Shown here one piece after another: positions 34,040-34,196 of a stretch of 34,196 nucleotides of DNA; position 1 is the stretch's first letter, and each line of letters begins with the position of its first letter. The translations under genes were made by a program, and so were the position numbers. Origin of the DNA: Octopus sinensis (taxonomy: Eukaryota); assembly GCF_006345805.1 (NCBI RefSeq), contig NW_021835930.1:1-34196 (forward strand), in the 5' to 3' direction. Below the pieces are notes generated by a model. That model was not told the origin of the DNA, did no database searches, and saw only the letters and a program-made list of their open reading frames with translations.

Positions 34040-34196
34040 ACCTTCCACGCTGCAATTGTATTTTTTTCTTTTTTTGCTTCAACACACCATCTCAGATCAA
34101 GTCACTTGCTATGCAAGTACATCTCCGTAAAATTTGTTTAATGTGATGTATCAAATTTAGGCTGAGAGCTAGCGCAATCGTTACCTCGCCGAACAA

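Overview
AT-rich, repeat-saturated eukaryotic DNA that reads as intronic or intergenic. I found no host protein-coding exon that I can support. The SINE families look like those I recall from Octopus (coleoid cephalopod); this is recognition from memory, not a database result. Contents: about 25 copies or fragments of at least four tRNA-headed SINE-like families (my labels A-D), a 539-bp internally deleted mariner, a ~390-bp non-autonomous Helitron, an RTE LINE 3' end, a restriction-like-endonuclease LINE 3' end, two copies of an (ATT)n-embedded repeat (E), many microsatellites, and a central ~8.3-kb G-poor minisatellite (13409-21708, ~30-bp unit ACCAACACCACCACCATCACTACTACTACT). Nearly all ORFs in the supplied track are repeat artefacts. 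Best leads: (1) three different minimal type I hammerhead ribozyme folds (4017-4062, 7010-7111, 10290-10337), each with a different palindromic stem III, one of them at the 3' end of a tRNA-headed (Pol III-type) element; (2) a twin-priming-type inverted RTE insertion with TSD, plus three more junctions of similar geometry; (3) a SINE present as 184-bp head-to-tail concatemers inside a single TSD; (4) the 8.3-kb array, whose unit is stop-free in five of six frames and whose long Thr-rich and Gly/Ser-rich frames are mostly missed by the ORF track.
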